In this document: one piece after another, positions 45,137 through 54,367 of the stretch | How the letters are laid out: each line of letters opens with the position of its first letter | Position numbering within the stretch: the stretch's first letter is position 1 | DNA from: Acidimicrobiales bacterium | GTDB lineage: Bacteria > Actinomycetota > Acidimicrobiia > Acidimicrobiales > VFJN01 | Assembly: GCA_035296625.1 (NCBI GenBank) | Contig: DATHAO010000049.1 | Span: 3,264 to 67,263, forward strand | Direction: 5' to 3' | Length of the DNA stretch: 64,000 nt | Notes under the pieces: generated by a model | Seen by the model: the letters and a program-made list of their open reading frames with translations, nothing else | Told to the model about the DNA's origin: nothing | Databases searched by the model: none | Translations under genes and position numbers: made by a program

Positions 45137-45700
45137 TTGGCGCGTGTGACCGACGTCAGCGACCCTCAGACCGACGAGACCCCTGCGAGCGGCCAGGAGA
45201 TCATCGTCGTGGCTCTCGACAAGCCGTCCCGGGCCTCCGAGCTGCTGCTGGCGCTGACGAACCTGGCCGGCGAGGGCAAGGTACGCATGCACGACGCCGT
45301 CATCGTCGCCAAGGACGAGGGCGGGCGCAGCCGCACGGTGCAGACCGTCGACGTCACCCCGGCCAAGGGGGCGCTCGCCGGCACCTGGTGGGGCATGCTC
45401 GGCGGCCTGCTCATCGGCGGCCCGGCGTTCCTCGCCGCCGCCGTCGGCGGGGCGGCCGCCGGGGCGCTCTACGGCAAGCTCATCGACAAGGGCCTCGATG
45501 ACGGCTGGGTTAAGGAGATGGCCCAGTGGGTCGAGCCGGGCCGGTCGGCCTTGCTCCTGCTCGTCGACTCGGGCTTCGACCACGCCGTCATCACCGAGCT
45601 GCGCCGCTTCGAGGGCATCGGGCACCTCTCGTACACGACGCTGCCCGCCGATGCCCGGGCCGAGGTCGAGCGGGCCCTGTCCGGCACGCCCGAGCCCTGA
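45137..45700 (+). CDS. DUF1269 family membrane protein
   Basis: Contains GALAGTWWGMLGGLLIGGPAFLAAAVGGAAAGALYGKLIDKGLDDGWVKEM...GRSALLLLV. Start is TTG 45137 or GTG 45146. Confidence 0.65.
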   Translation: MARVTDVSDPQTDETPASGQEIIVVALDKPSRASELLLALTNLAGEGKVRMHDAVIVAKDEGGRSRTVQTVDVTPAKGALAGTWWGMLGGLLIGGPAFLAAAVGGAAAGALYGKLIDKGLDDGWVKEMAQWVEPGRSALLLLVDSGFDHAVITELRRFEGIGHLSYTTLPADARAEVERALSGTPEP

Positions 45701-45819
45701 CGAGACCGGTCCGGCGCGGCCGGCGACGACACCGCCGATCCGGTGGCCACCACCGCGGGGCGACGGCCGGCCCGCCGTCAGGCCCCGTCGCCGCGATCCG
45801 CACCGCACCCGGTCGGTCA

Positions 45820-47382
45820 TCAGCCCACCTGTCGGCCGGCCGCCGCCCAGTACGGCTCGCGCAGCTCGCGCTTGAGCAGCTTGCCCGACGGGTTGCGGGG
45901 CAGGACCTCGGCGAGGTCAGTGGACTTGGGCAGCTTGTAGCCGGCGAGGTGCTGCCGGGCGAAGGCCACGACGTCGTCGTGGCTGGGCGGGGCGGCGGCG
46001 TCCACCGGCACCACGACCGCCTTGACGGCCTCGCCCCAGCGCTCGTCGGGCACGCCGAACACGGCCACGTCCGCGATCCCCGGGTGCTTCATCAGCACGT
46101 TCTCCACCTCGGCCGGGTACACGTTCTCGCCGCCGGTGACGATCATGTCCTTCACCCGGTCGTGCAGGTAGAGGTAGCCCTCGTCGTCCGCGTAGGCCAC
46201 GTCGCCGGTCTTGAACCAGCCGTCCGGCGTAACGGCCTGGGCCGTGGCCTCCCGGTTGCGCCAGTATCCGGCCATGTTCTGGTGCGAGCGGGTCCACAGC
46301 TCGCCGACGATGCCCGTCGGGGCGTCCCGGTCGGTGCCGAGCTCGACGATGCGCATCTCGACCCACGGGTAGGGGCGCCCGCACGAGCGCAGCAGGTGCG
46401 GTCGGCCGACCGGGTCGTGGTCGGCGCCGCCGAGCTGCGTGATCGCGCCGGTCGTCTCGGTCAGCCCGTAGAGCTGCACGAACTCGCACCCGAAGGTCTC
46501 CATTGCCCGCACGAGAACGGTGTCGGTGATCGGCGAGGCCCCGTAGGCGAGCAGGCGCAACGTCGAGAAGTCGGTAGTCTCCACGCCGGGCGTGGCCAGC
46601 AGGAACTGGATGACGGCCGGCACGAGGAACGCGTTCGTGACGCCGAAGGCCGGCACGACGCGGAGGATCTCGGCGGGGTCGATGTCGCGCAGCACGACCG
46701 TGCGGCACCCGTGGTAAAGGCCCACCATCGACCAGCCGGCGCCGGCGATGTGGAACATCGGCATCATGGCGAGGTTGACGGAGTCCGGCGTGAACCGCCA
46801 CTGCTCGGACAGACCGCCCACGCCCTTGAAGAAGTTGTCGTTCGTGAGCATCACGCCCTTGGGCAGGCCGGTCGTGCCGGACGTGTAGAGCTGGAACGCG
46901 ACGTCGTCGCCGGTCGTGGCCACGCCCGGGTCGTCGGGCGGCTGCGCCCCGATCCAGTCGTCGTAGGCCGGCCAGCGCTCGTGGCCCCCGATCGCCACGA
47001 TCGTGCGCACGCCGTCGAGCCCGGCCTCGATCTGCTCGACGTGGCCGACGTGCTCGGGACCGACGATCACCACCTCGGCGCCAGCGTCCCCGATGATCGT
47101 AGCCATCTCGGCCGGGGCCAGCCGCCAGTTGACCGACACGTTGACGGCCCCGAGCTTGGCGAGGCCGAACGTGACGTCGAACCACTCGAGGCCGTTCTTG
47201 TCGATGAACGCGACGCGGTCGCCGGGGCCGACGCCCGCGGCGCGCAACGCCTGGGCCGCGCGGCTCGACCGCCGGTCGAGCTCGCCGAAGGCGATCGAGC
47301 GGCCGCCCACCTCGAGCGCCGGGGCGTCGGGCCGCTCGGCGGCGTGCGTGCGGACGATGTCGGCGATGGTGCTGATGGTCAT
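45820..47382 (-). CDS. long-chain fatty-acid--CoA ligase (FadD-type)
   Basis: 520 aa. Contains YTSGTTGLPKG, YGLTETTG and TGDVAYADDEGYLYLHDRVKDMI...GKLLK. Confidence 0.88.
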   Translation of the reverse strand: MTISTIADIVRTHAAERPDAPALEVGGRSIAFGELDRRSSRAAQALRAAGVGPGDRVAFIDKNGLEWFDVTFGLAKLGAVNVSVNWRLAPAEMATIIGDAGAEVVIVGPEHVGHVEQIEAGLDGVRTIVAIGGHERWPAYDDWIGAQPPDDPGVATTGDDVAFQLYTSGTTGLPKGVMLTNDNFFKGVGGLSEQWRFTPDSVNLAMMPMFHIAGAGWSMVGLYHGCRTVVLRDIDPAEILRVVPAFGVTNAFLVPAVIQFLLATPGVETTDFSTLRLLAYGASPITDTVLVRAMETFGCEFVQLYGLTETTGAITQLGGADHDPVGRPHLLRSCGRPYPWVEMRIVELGTDRDAPTGIVGELWTRSHQNMAGYWRNREATAQAVTPDGWFKTGDVAYADDEGYLYLHDRVKDMIVTGGENVYPAEVENVLMKHPGIADVAVFGVPDERWGEAVKAVVVPVDAAAPPSHDDVVAFARQHLAGYKLPKSTDLAEVLPRNPSGKLLKRELREPYWAAAGRQVG

Positions 47383-47409
47383 GGTTCCCTCCCCCGGTGA
47401 CGTCCGATG

Positions 47410-48135
47410 TCACCCGTTGTCATACGATCGCCGTCCCGCCAGGCCGGCGGCGGCGTCGCCGACGGCGAGAAACAGCACGGTGGCGTCGTCCACCAGCTGG
47501 TCGCGGCCCACGTCGATGCGGCCGGCCAGCCAGGCGACCAGCAACTCGCTGAAGCCCCCGACCAGGATCGCGGCGCTGATGCGGCCCACCTGGTCGGCTC
47601 CCGGGGGCGGCGGCCGGCGGCGGGCGGCATCGCGTTCGACGAGCTCGACCAGCTCGTGGCCGGTCTCGACCCGGCGCCGGTTCAGCGCCTCGTTCCCGAG
47701 CGCCTCGACGTACAGCACCCGGGCGCAGCGCCGGTCCTCGTCGACGAAGCGCACGATGTGGTCGACGACGGTCCGCGTGCGGGCGGCCGGGTCGGGCGCC
47801 GAGGCCGCGAGCGCGGCGCCCAGGCCGGTGAGCAGGTCGTCGACGATCCGGTCGTAGACGGTCACCACCAGGTCGTCGAGGTCGGGGAAGCTCTCGTAGA
47901 AATAGCGGGCGTTCAACCGGGCCCGCTGGCACACGGCTCGCACGGTGGTGCCCGCCCAGCCCTCGGTGCCGAGCAGCTCGAACGCGGCGTCCAGCAGCAG
48001 GGAGCGACGCTGCGCCCGGCGATGCTCGGCGGGCACGCCCGCCCAGCGCGAGCGATCGGCGGCGCCCGGCGGGCCGCTGGTGGCCACGTCAGAGCTCTCG
48101 TCGGCGGTCCCGTCGGCGGCGGTCAGGCTTGGCAA
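47410..48135 (-). CDS. TetR-family transcriptional regulator
   Basis: Has the HTH region RRSLLLDAAFELLGTEGWAGTTVRAVCQRARLNARYFYESF. The TTG at 48135 is the longest start; a shorter GTG start (VATSG) is plausible. Lies 27 nt upstream of fadD. Confidence 0.85.
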   Translation of the reverse strand: MPSLTAADGTADESSDVATSGPPGAADRSRWAGVPAEHRRAQRRSLLLDAAFELLGTEGWAGTTVRAVCQRARLNARYFYESFPDLDDLVVTVYDRIVDDLLTGLGAALAASAPDPAARTRTVVDHIVRFVDEDRRCARVLYVEALGNEALNRRRVETGHELVELVERDAARRRPPPPGADQVGRISAAILVGGFSELLVAWLAGRIDVGRDQLVDDATVLFLAVGDAAAGLAGRRSYDNG

Positions 48136-48178
48136 CGGTCGTTACCATACCTTAGGGTCCGGGCAGCGGCCGTTGCCG
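48130..48178. promoter_or_regulatory. candidate TetR operator region in the divergent tetR / FAD-oxidoreductase promoter
   Basis: TGGCAACGGTCG (48130-48141) and CGGCCGTTGCCG (48167-48178) form an inverted repeat (10/12). In addition, GGCAACGGTCGTTACC (48131-48146) is a local imperfect palindrome. The AT-richer spacer is TTACCATACCTTAGGG. Confidence 0.3.
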
Positions 48179-48222
48179 TGGGTGGTGGGCGGTCGTCGTG
48201 AGGCCCGAGGGGAGGCAACTCC

Positions 48223-49764
48223 GTGGCGCAGCGCGTGGTGATCGTGGGCGGCGGCGTCGGCGGGGCGGCCACGGCCCTGGCCCTGGCCGACGGCGGTCAC
48301 CGCGTGACGCTGATCGAGCGCGACGACCTGGGCCCGCTGGCCGACCCCGAGGCCGCGTTCACGGCAGAGTGCCCGGGCGCCCCGCAGGTGCACCACACCC
48401 ACGCCTTCCTGGCCCGCCTGGCCGTGGTGCTACGCGACCGGTTCCCGGACGTGCTCGACGCGCTGATGGCCGCCGGAGGCACGACTCTTCCGGCGAGCGC
48501 CGACCTCGGCGACCCTCGCCCGGGCGACGAGGACCTGGCCGTGCTCGTCGTGCGGCGGACCACGCTCGAATGGGTCCTGCGCCGGGCGGTGGCGTCCCGC
48601 CCGGCGATCGACGTGCGCACCGGCGTGGGCGTCACCGGCCTGGTCGCGGTGCCCGGCGACGCCGCGGACGAGGAGAGCGCGACGGGGCCGACGGGCGCGG
48701 CCGCCGGGGTCGGGGGCGCCGGCGTCCCGGTCGTCACGGGGGTGCGGCTCCACGACGGCACCGTGCTCGACGCCGACGTGGTAGTCGCGGCCAACGGGCG
48801 CCGCTCGGACGTGCCAGCCTGGTTGGCCCCGTTCGGCGTCGAGGTGCCCGAGACGGTCCACGAGAGCGGCCTCATGTACCTGTCGCGCTGGTACCGGCCG
48901 CCGGCCGGCCACGATCTCGTGCTCGACTTCCGCCTCGGCGACCTGGGCTTCGTGAAGTACCTGGGCGTTCCCGGCGACGGCGGCACGCTGTCGGTGACGC
49001 TCGCCATCCGGGTGGCCGACGCCGAGCTGCGGGCCCACCTCGCCGATCCGGACGTCTTCGACCGGGCCTGCCACTTGCTGCCGGGCCCCGACCGCTTCTT
49101 CGCCCACGGTCCGCTCGAACCACTCGGGCCGGTCCTCCCCATGGGCGGGCTGCTCAACCGCCTCCGCCGCTTCGTCGCCGGCACCGGTGAGCCGACCGTC
49201 GCCGGCTTCCACGCCGTCGGCGACGCCCACACCTGCACGAACCCGCTCTACGGGCGGGGCTGCTCGCTGGCCGTCGTGCAGGCGGTCGAGCTGGCCGATG
49301 CCCTCGCCGCCAACCCCGACGACCCGATCGCCCGAGCCCGGCGCTACGAGCAGGCGTCCACGCGCGAGGTCGAGCCGTGGTTCGACGTGGCCGTGCAGAT
49401 GGATGCCCTCGGCTCGGACCGCGGCCCGGAAGACGGGGACGGGCGCCCCGGCGGGTCGGGCGCCGGGTCCAGCAAGGCGCTCGTCGCCCTGCGCGTGGCG
49501 GCCGCGACCGACCCGGTGATCGCCCGGGCGCTGGTCCGCTTCTGGAACGTCCTGGCGACGCCCGCCGACCTCATGGCCGATCCCGAGTTCCTGGCTCGGG
49601 CGGCGGCCGTCATGGCCGACGCCGACGCCCACCCGGCTCCGCCCCGTAGCGGTCCGTCGCGGACCGAACTGCTCGCGTCCCTTGCCCCACCTGATCGGAG
49701 CGCCCCCGCATGCCCGACGCCAACCGCCCCGCCGACGCCCCACTCGTGCGGTCGCGCCCGGTGA
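48223..49764 (+). CDS. FAD-dependent oxidoreductase/monooxygenase
   Basis: GTG start. Contains the RVVIVGGGVGGAATALALADGGHRVTLIERDD dinucleotide-binding fold and, later, GDAHTCTNPLYGRG. Confidence 0.78.
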   Translation: MAQRVVIVGGGVGGAATALALADGGHRVTLIERDDLGPLADPEAAFTAECPGAPQVHHTHAFLARLAVVLRDRFPDVLDALMAAGGTTLPASADLGDPRPGDEDLAVLVVRRTTLEWVLRRAVASRPAIDVRTGVGVTGLVAVPGDAADEESATGPTGAAAGVGGAGVPVVTGVRLHDGTVLDADVVVAANGRRSDVPAWLAPFGVEVPETVHESGLMYLSRWYRPPAGHDLVLDFRLGDLGFVKYLGVPGDGGTLSVTLAIRVADAELRAHLADPDVFDRACHLLPGPDRFFAHGPLEPLGPVLPMGGLLNRLRRFVAGTGEPTVAGFHAVGDAHTCTNPLYGRGCSLAVVQAVELADALAANPDDPIARARRYEQASTREVEPWFDVAVQMDALGSDRGPEDGDGRPGGSGAGSSKALVALRVAAATDPVIARALVRFWNVLATPADLMADPEFLARAAAVMADADAHPAPPRSGPSRTELLASLAPPDRSAPACPTPTAPPTPHSCGRAR

Positions 49765-50735
49765 CCACGAACGGCGTCGAGCTGCACGTCGACGAATGCG
49801 GCGAGGGACCACCCGTGATCTTCGCCCACGGGTTCCCCGAGCTGGCGTTCTCGTGGCGCCACCAGCTGCCCGCCCTCGCTGCCGCGGGCTACCACGCCGT
49901 CGCCCCGGACCAGCGGGGCTACGGGCGCTCGTCCCGTCCCGCGGCGATCGCCGACTACGACGTCGCCCACCTCACCGGCGATCTCGTCGGCCTGCTGGAC
50001 GACATCGGCGAGGATCGGGCCGTGTTCGTCGGCCACGACTGGGGCGCCATGGTGGTGTGGGCACTGTCGCTGCTGCACGCCGACCGGGTCGCCGGCGTGG
50101 TCGGCATGAGCGTGCCGTTCCTGCACCGGGCGCCGATGCCACCGACCGAGCTGATGCGTCAGGTCTTCGGGGATGCGTTCTTCTACATCCTCTACTTCCA
50201 GGAGCCCGAGGTCGCCGACGCCGACCTCGGCCGCGACCCGGCGACCACGATGCGGCGCATGCTCGCCGGGCTGTCCGGCGACCGGGCGATGGACAGCCTG
50301 GCCGACGCCCTGGCGCCCGACGCGCGGGGCTTCGTCGAGCGGCTGCCCGAGCCGGACAACCTGCCGGCCTGGCTGCACCCGGACGATCTCGACCGCTACG
50401 TCGACGCGTTCACCCGGACCGGGTTCACGGGCGCCATCAACTGGTACCGCAACGTCGACCGCAACTGGGAGCTCACCGAGCCGGTGGCGGACGCCCAGGT
50501 GGCGGCCCCGTCGCTGTTCGTCGGCGGCCGCCTCGATCCGGTGCTGCTCATGACCCCACCCGACTCCCAGGAACCCTGGCTGTCCGACCACCGCGGGACC
50601 GTGCTCGTCGAGGGCGCCGGCCACTGGGTGCAACAAGAGGCGCCCGCCGAGGTCAACGACGCCCTGCTCGGCTTCCTCGCCGGCCTCGACAGCCCGTACG
50701 GCCGGCCCGGCGGTGCCGCCCGGGGGTCGGCCTGA
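49761..50735 (+). CDS. alpha/beta hydrolase, epoxide-hydrolase-like
   Basis: Contains NGVELHVDECGEGPPVIFAHGFPELAFSWRHQ (HGFP oxyanion motif), the GHDWGA nucleophile elbow and GHWVQQE. I prefer GTG 49761, which overlaps the upstream stop (GTGA). The track start at 49710 is also possible. Confidence 0.8.
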   Translation: MTTNGVELHVDECGEGPPVIFAHGFPELAFSWRHQLPALAAAGYHAVAPDQRGYGRSSRPAAIADYDVAHLTGDLVGLLDDIGEDRAVFVGHDWGAMVVWALSLLHADRVAGVVGMSVPFLHRAPMPPTELMRQVFGDAFFYILYFQEPEVADADLGRDPATTMRRMLAGLSGDRAMDSLADALAPDARGFVERLPEPDNLPAWLHPDDLDRYVDAFTRTGFTGAINWYRNVDRNWELTEPVADAQVAAPSLFVGGRLDPVLLMTPPDSQEPWLSDHRGTVLVEGAGHWVQQEAPAEVNDALLGFLAGLDSPYGRPGGAARGSA

Positions 50736-51772
50736 TGCGGGCGGTCGCCCTGCGGGCCGGCAAGCTCGTCGTGCGCGACGACGTGCCGGATCCCCGGCCC
50801 GGACTCGGTCAGGTGCTCGCCCGGGTCGAGGCGTGCGGCATCTGCGGGTCGGACCTGCACTTCGCCCGGCACGGCGCCCGGATGCTCGACCTCACCGCCC
50901 GCATGTCGGGGTTGCCCGAGATCGGCACCCCCTTGGTGGACCTCGACCGCGACGTGTTCATGGGCCACGAGTTCGCCGCCGAGGTGCTGGAGGCGGGGCC
51001 CGACACGGCCGCGCCGGCGCCGGGCACGCTCGTCACGTCCATCCCGATGATGATCACCGCCACCGGCCTGAGCGACCTCGTCTACAGCAACGAGCTGCCG
51101 GCGGGCTACGGCGAGCAGATCCTGCTCTCGGCACCGCTGCTGCTGGAGGTGCCGAACGGGCTCGACGCCCGGCGGGCGGCCCTCACCGAGCCGATGGCGG
51201 TGGGCCTGCACGCCGTGAACCGCTCGGGCATCGCCGCGGGGGACGGCGCCCTGGTCATGGGCTGCGGCCCGGTCGGCCTCGCCGTGATCGCGGCGCTCGG
51301 CCTGCGGGGCGTCGAGCCCATCGTGGCCAGCGACCTCTCCCCCGCCCGCCGCGCGCTCGCTGCGACGATGGGCGCCCACGAGGTCGTCGACCCGACGGTC
51401 GAGCCGGCGTTCGAGGCCTGGGCGCGATCCGGCCGGGGCCGGCCGCTCGTCGTCTTCGAGGCGATCGGCGTGCCCGGCATCATCGACGACGCCATGCGCG
51501 ACGCTCCGGCCGGATCGCGGCTCGTCGTCGCGGGCGTGTGCATGGAGGCAGACCGGATCAACCCGCTCTTCGGCATCGCGAAGGAGCTGAACGTGCAGTT
51601 CGTGCTGGGCTACGACCCCGAGGAGTTCGCCGCCACCCTGCGCTCGATCGCCGAGGGCGAACTCGACGTCGAGCCGCTGATCACCGGCGAGGTCGACCTC
51701 GACGGCGTGCCCGGGGCGTTCGCCGAGCTGGCCGACCCGCAGCGGCAGTGCAAGGTGCTGGTGGTGCCCTGA
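50735..51772 (+). CDS. zinc-dependent alcohol dehydrogenase (MDR family)
   Basis: ATG shares 1 nt with the upstream TGA. Contains the ACGICGSDLH zinc motif, GHEF and the GCGPVGL Rossmann motif. Confidence 0.85.
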   Translation: MRAVALRAGKLVVRDDVPDPRPGLGQVLARVEACGICGSDLHFARHGARMLDLTARMSGLPEIGTPLVDLDRDVFMGHEFAAEVLEAGPDTAAPAPGTLVTSIPMMITATGLSDLVYSNELPAGYGEQILLSAPLLLEVPNGLDARRAALTEPMAVGLHAVNRSGIAAGDGALVMGCGPVGLAVIAALGLRGVEPIVASDLSPARRALAATMGAHEVVDPTVEPAFEAWARSGRGRPLVVFEAIGVPGIIDDAMRDAPAGSRLVVAGVCMEADRINPLFGIAKELNVQFVLGYDPEEFAATLRSIAEGELDVEPLITGEVDLDGVPGAFAELADPQRQCKVLVVP

Positions 51773-52794
51773 TGCGCCTGCGCCTCACGCCCGACGACGA
51801 CCTCCTCCACCCGGTGGAGGCCGCCACCAACTTCAACGAGAGCCGCTACTACAACTTCTACGAGCCGGCATGCGGGCTGGGCGGCTGGGTGCGCATGGGC
51901 AACCGGCCGAACGAGGGCTACGCCGAGATGACCGTGTGCCTCTACCTGCCGGACGGCTCGGTGGCGTTCACCTACGGCCGCCCCGGCATCACCGGCCACG
52001 AGGCGCACGACGCCGGGGGCCTGCGGTTCGAGGTCGTCGAGCCCTACGTCGAGCACCACGTCACCTACGACGGCCGGGTCGCCCTGCTCGACCGTCCCCG
52101 CGCGATGGAGGACCCGCGCGCCGCGTTCGCCGACAGCCCCCGGGCCGGGTGCCACCTCGACCTGGCGGTGCGGGCCGTCGCCCGGCCCTGGGGCGGCGAG
52201 CCCGAGGCCGAGGAGGGCGAGGTGCTGCCGACCGAGGACCCCGAGCGATCCTTCGCCCGCGGTCACACCGAGCAGCACATCGCCTCGACGGGCACGGTGC
52301 GGGTCGGTGACCGGACGTTCACGGTGGTGGACGCGCTCGGCCTGCGTGACCACTCGTGGGGCCCGCGCTACTGGCAGGCCATCTGGTGGTACCGGTGGCT
52401 CACGATCAACCTCGGCCGGGACCTGGGCATGGCCTGCACGGTGTCGGGCACCGAGGGCGGCGAGCGCAGGGCGCACGGCTTCCTCTTCGACCGGGCGCGG
52501 TACGGCGACGACCGGTGGGTGCCCATCCGGGGCGTCGAGCTGACCAGCGACTACGACGAGGGCTGGTACCACCGGGCCGTGCACGCCGTCGTCAGCACCG
52601 ACGACCACACGTACCGGGTGGAGGGCGCGGTGTGGTCCGACATCCCGCTGCGCAACCGGCGCGAGGGGCTGGTCACCCGGATCACCGAGGGCATGACGAC
52701 GTGGCGGTGCGGCGACCTCGTCGGCTCGGGCCTGGCCGAGTACCTCGACCAGATCGTCGACGGCCGCCCCGTCGGCGCCGCCGCCGGTGCCTGA
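51772..52794 (+). CDS. conserved hypothetical protein (340 aa, probably beta-rich)
   Basis: ATG shares 1 nt with the upstream TGA. Contains NFNESRYYNFYEP...RDHSWGPRYWQ...WYRWLT. No catalytic motif that I recognise. Codon usage is good. Confidence 0.6.
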   Translation: MRLRLTPDDDLLHPVEAATNFNESRYYNFYEPACGLGGWVRMGNRPNEGYAEMTVCLYLPDGSVAFTYGRPGITGHEAHDAGGLRFEVVEPYVEHHVTYDGRVALLDRPRAMEDPRAAFADSPRAGCHLDLAVRAVARPWGGEPEAEEGEVLPTEDPERSFARGHTEQHIASTGTVRVGDRTFTVVDALGLRDHSWGPRYWQAIWWYRWLTINLGRDLGMACTVSGTEGGERRAHGFLFDRARYGDDRWVPIRGVELTSDYDEGWYHRAVHAVVSTDDHTYRVEGAVWSDIPLRNRREGLVTRITEGMTTWRCGDLVGSGLAEYLDQIVDGRPVGAAAGA

Positions 52795-54367
52795 CGCCCA
52801 CACGACCGAGGGGTCCGGCGCCGGGCCCGAGGCGACGGGTGCCCCCCCGGAGGCGGGGCGCGGCGGGTCCGAGGCGGCGGTTGCCCGCCCGGAGGCGGGG
52901 CCCGCCGGGCCGGCGAGTGCCGGACCCGACTCGGCGGGTGCCGGCGCGGAGGCGGCGATCGCCGCCGGAGTGGCCCGGGCCCTGACCGCCCGGCTCGGGC
53001 CGGTCCGCATCGAGGGGCTGGAGCGCCTGACCGGCGGGGCATCGCGCGAGACGTGGCGGGTCGACGCGGTCGACGCCGCCGGCGCGGTCCACCCGCTGGT
53101 GCTGCGCCGGGACCCGCCCGGACGGCCCGGTCCGTCCGGCGCCATGCGCCGCGAGGCCGACGCCTTGCGCGTCGCGGGCGCCGCCGGGCTCGCCGTGCCC
53201 GAGGTGGTAGCCGCCAGCGAGGACCCGGCGTGCTGGGGCTCGGCCGGGATCGTCATGGCCCGCGTCGAGGGGCAGGCGCTGGCCCGGCGCATCCTGCGCG
53301 ACGACGCCTACGCCGGGGCCCGGGCGCGCCTGGCCGGCGACTGCGGGCGCTTCCTCGCCGGCCTCCACGCCCTCGACCCCGGCGCCGTCCCCGGCCTGGA
53401 GGCCGGCGACCAGCTGGCGAGGTGGCGCGACGCCCTCGATTTCACCGGCGGCAGCAGCCCCACCTTCGAGCTGGCGCTGCGCTGGCTCGACGCTCACCGG
53501 CCGCCCGCCTCCGGGACGCTCGCGCGCCCGGCGATCGTCCATGGCGATTTCCGCCTCGGCAACCTGCTGGTCGGCCCGGACGGTCTACGGGCGGTGCTCG
53601 ACTGGGAGCTCGTCCACGCCGGCGACCCCATCGAGGATCTCGGTTGGCTGTGCGTTCGGGCGTGGCGCTTCGGCGCCGAACCGCCGGTGGGGGGGTTCGG
53701 CCGCCGCGAGCAGCTCGTCGAGGCGTACGTCGCCGCCGGCGGCCGCCCGGTCGACCCGGAAGCGCTGCGCTGGTGGGAGGTGTTCGGCACGCTGCGCTGG
53801 GGTGTCATCTGCCTCGGCCAGGTCGACGCCCACCTCACCGGGGCGCTGCGGTCCGTCGAGCTAGCCGCCATCGGTCGCCGGGTCTGCGAGCAGGAGTGGG
53901 ACCTGCTCCTGCTGCTCGCCCCCGATGCCGTCGCCGCCGTCGCGCCCCGCCTGGCGGCGGCCGACCGGTCCGACGCGACGGCTCCGACCGCCGACCCGGG
54001 GTTGCACGGGCGCCCCACGGCCGGTGAGCTGCTCGCGGCCGTGCGCGAGTACCTGCGTGACGATGTGATGCCGGGTACGACCGGGCGCCTGGCGTACCAC
54101 GCCCGGGTCGCGGCGAACGTGCTCGCGGTGGTCGAGCGCGAGCTCGTCGCGGGCCCCGATCCGGTCGGCGCGCACCGGACGGGCCTTGCCCTCCTCGGCG
54201 CCGCGTCCGACGCCGAACTGGCCGCCGCCCTGCGCTCCGGCGCGCTGGCCGGCCGTGACGGCGACGTGATCGGCGTGCTCGCCCGCGCCGTGGCTGACAA
54301 GCTGGCGGTGGCGAACCCGCGGTACGCGGGGACGTCGGCCGGCGCGGGAGGGGGCTCCGATGGGTGA
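52787..54367 (+). CDS. phosphotransferase (APH/choline-kinase-like kinase fold) family protein
   Basis: GTG start with an 8-nt overlap on the upstream gene. Contains LTGGASRETW, the IVHGDFRLGNLLV catalytic loop and LDWELVHAGDPIEDL. Has an additional C-terminal domain of about 180 aa. Confidence 0.75.
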   Translation: MPDAHTTEGSGAGPEATGAPPEAGRGGSEAAVARPEAGPAGPASAGPDSAGAGAEAAIAAGVARALTARLGPVRIEGLERLTGGASRETWRVDAVDAAGAVHPLVLRRDPPGRPGPSGAMRREADALRVAGAAGLAVPEVVAASEDPACWGSAGIVMARVEGQALARRILRDDAYAGARARLAGDCGRFLAGLHALDPGAVPGLEAGDQLARWRDALDFTGGSSPTFELALRWLDAHRPPASGTLARPAIVHGDFRLGNLLVGPDGLRAVLDWELVHAGDPIEDLGWLCVRAWRFGAEPPVGGFGRREQLVEAYVAAGGRPVDPEALRWWEVFGTLRWGVICLGQVDAHLTGALRSVELAAIGRRVCEQEWDLLLLLAPDAVAAVAPRLAAADRSDATAPTADPGLHGRPTAGELLAAVREYLRDDVMPGTTGRLAYHARVAANVLAVVERELVAGPDPVGAHRTGLALLGAASDAELAAALRSGALAGRDGDVIGVLARAVADKLAVANPRYAGTSAGAGGGSDG

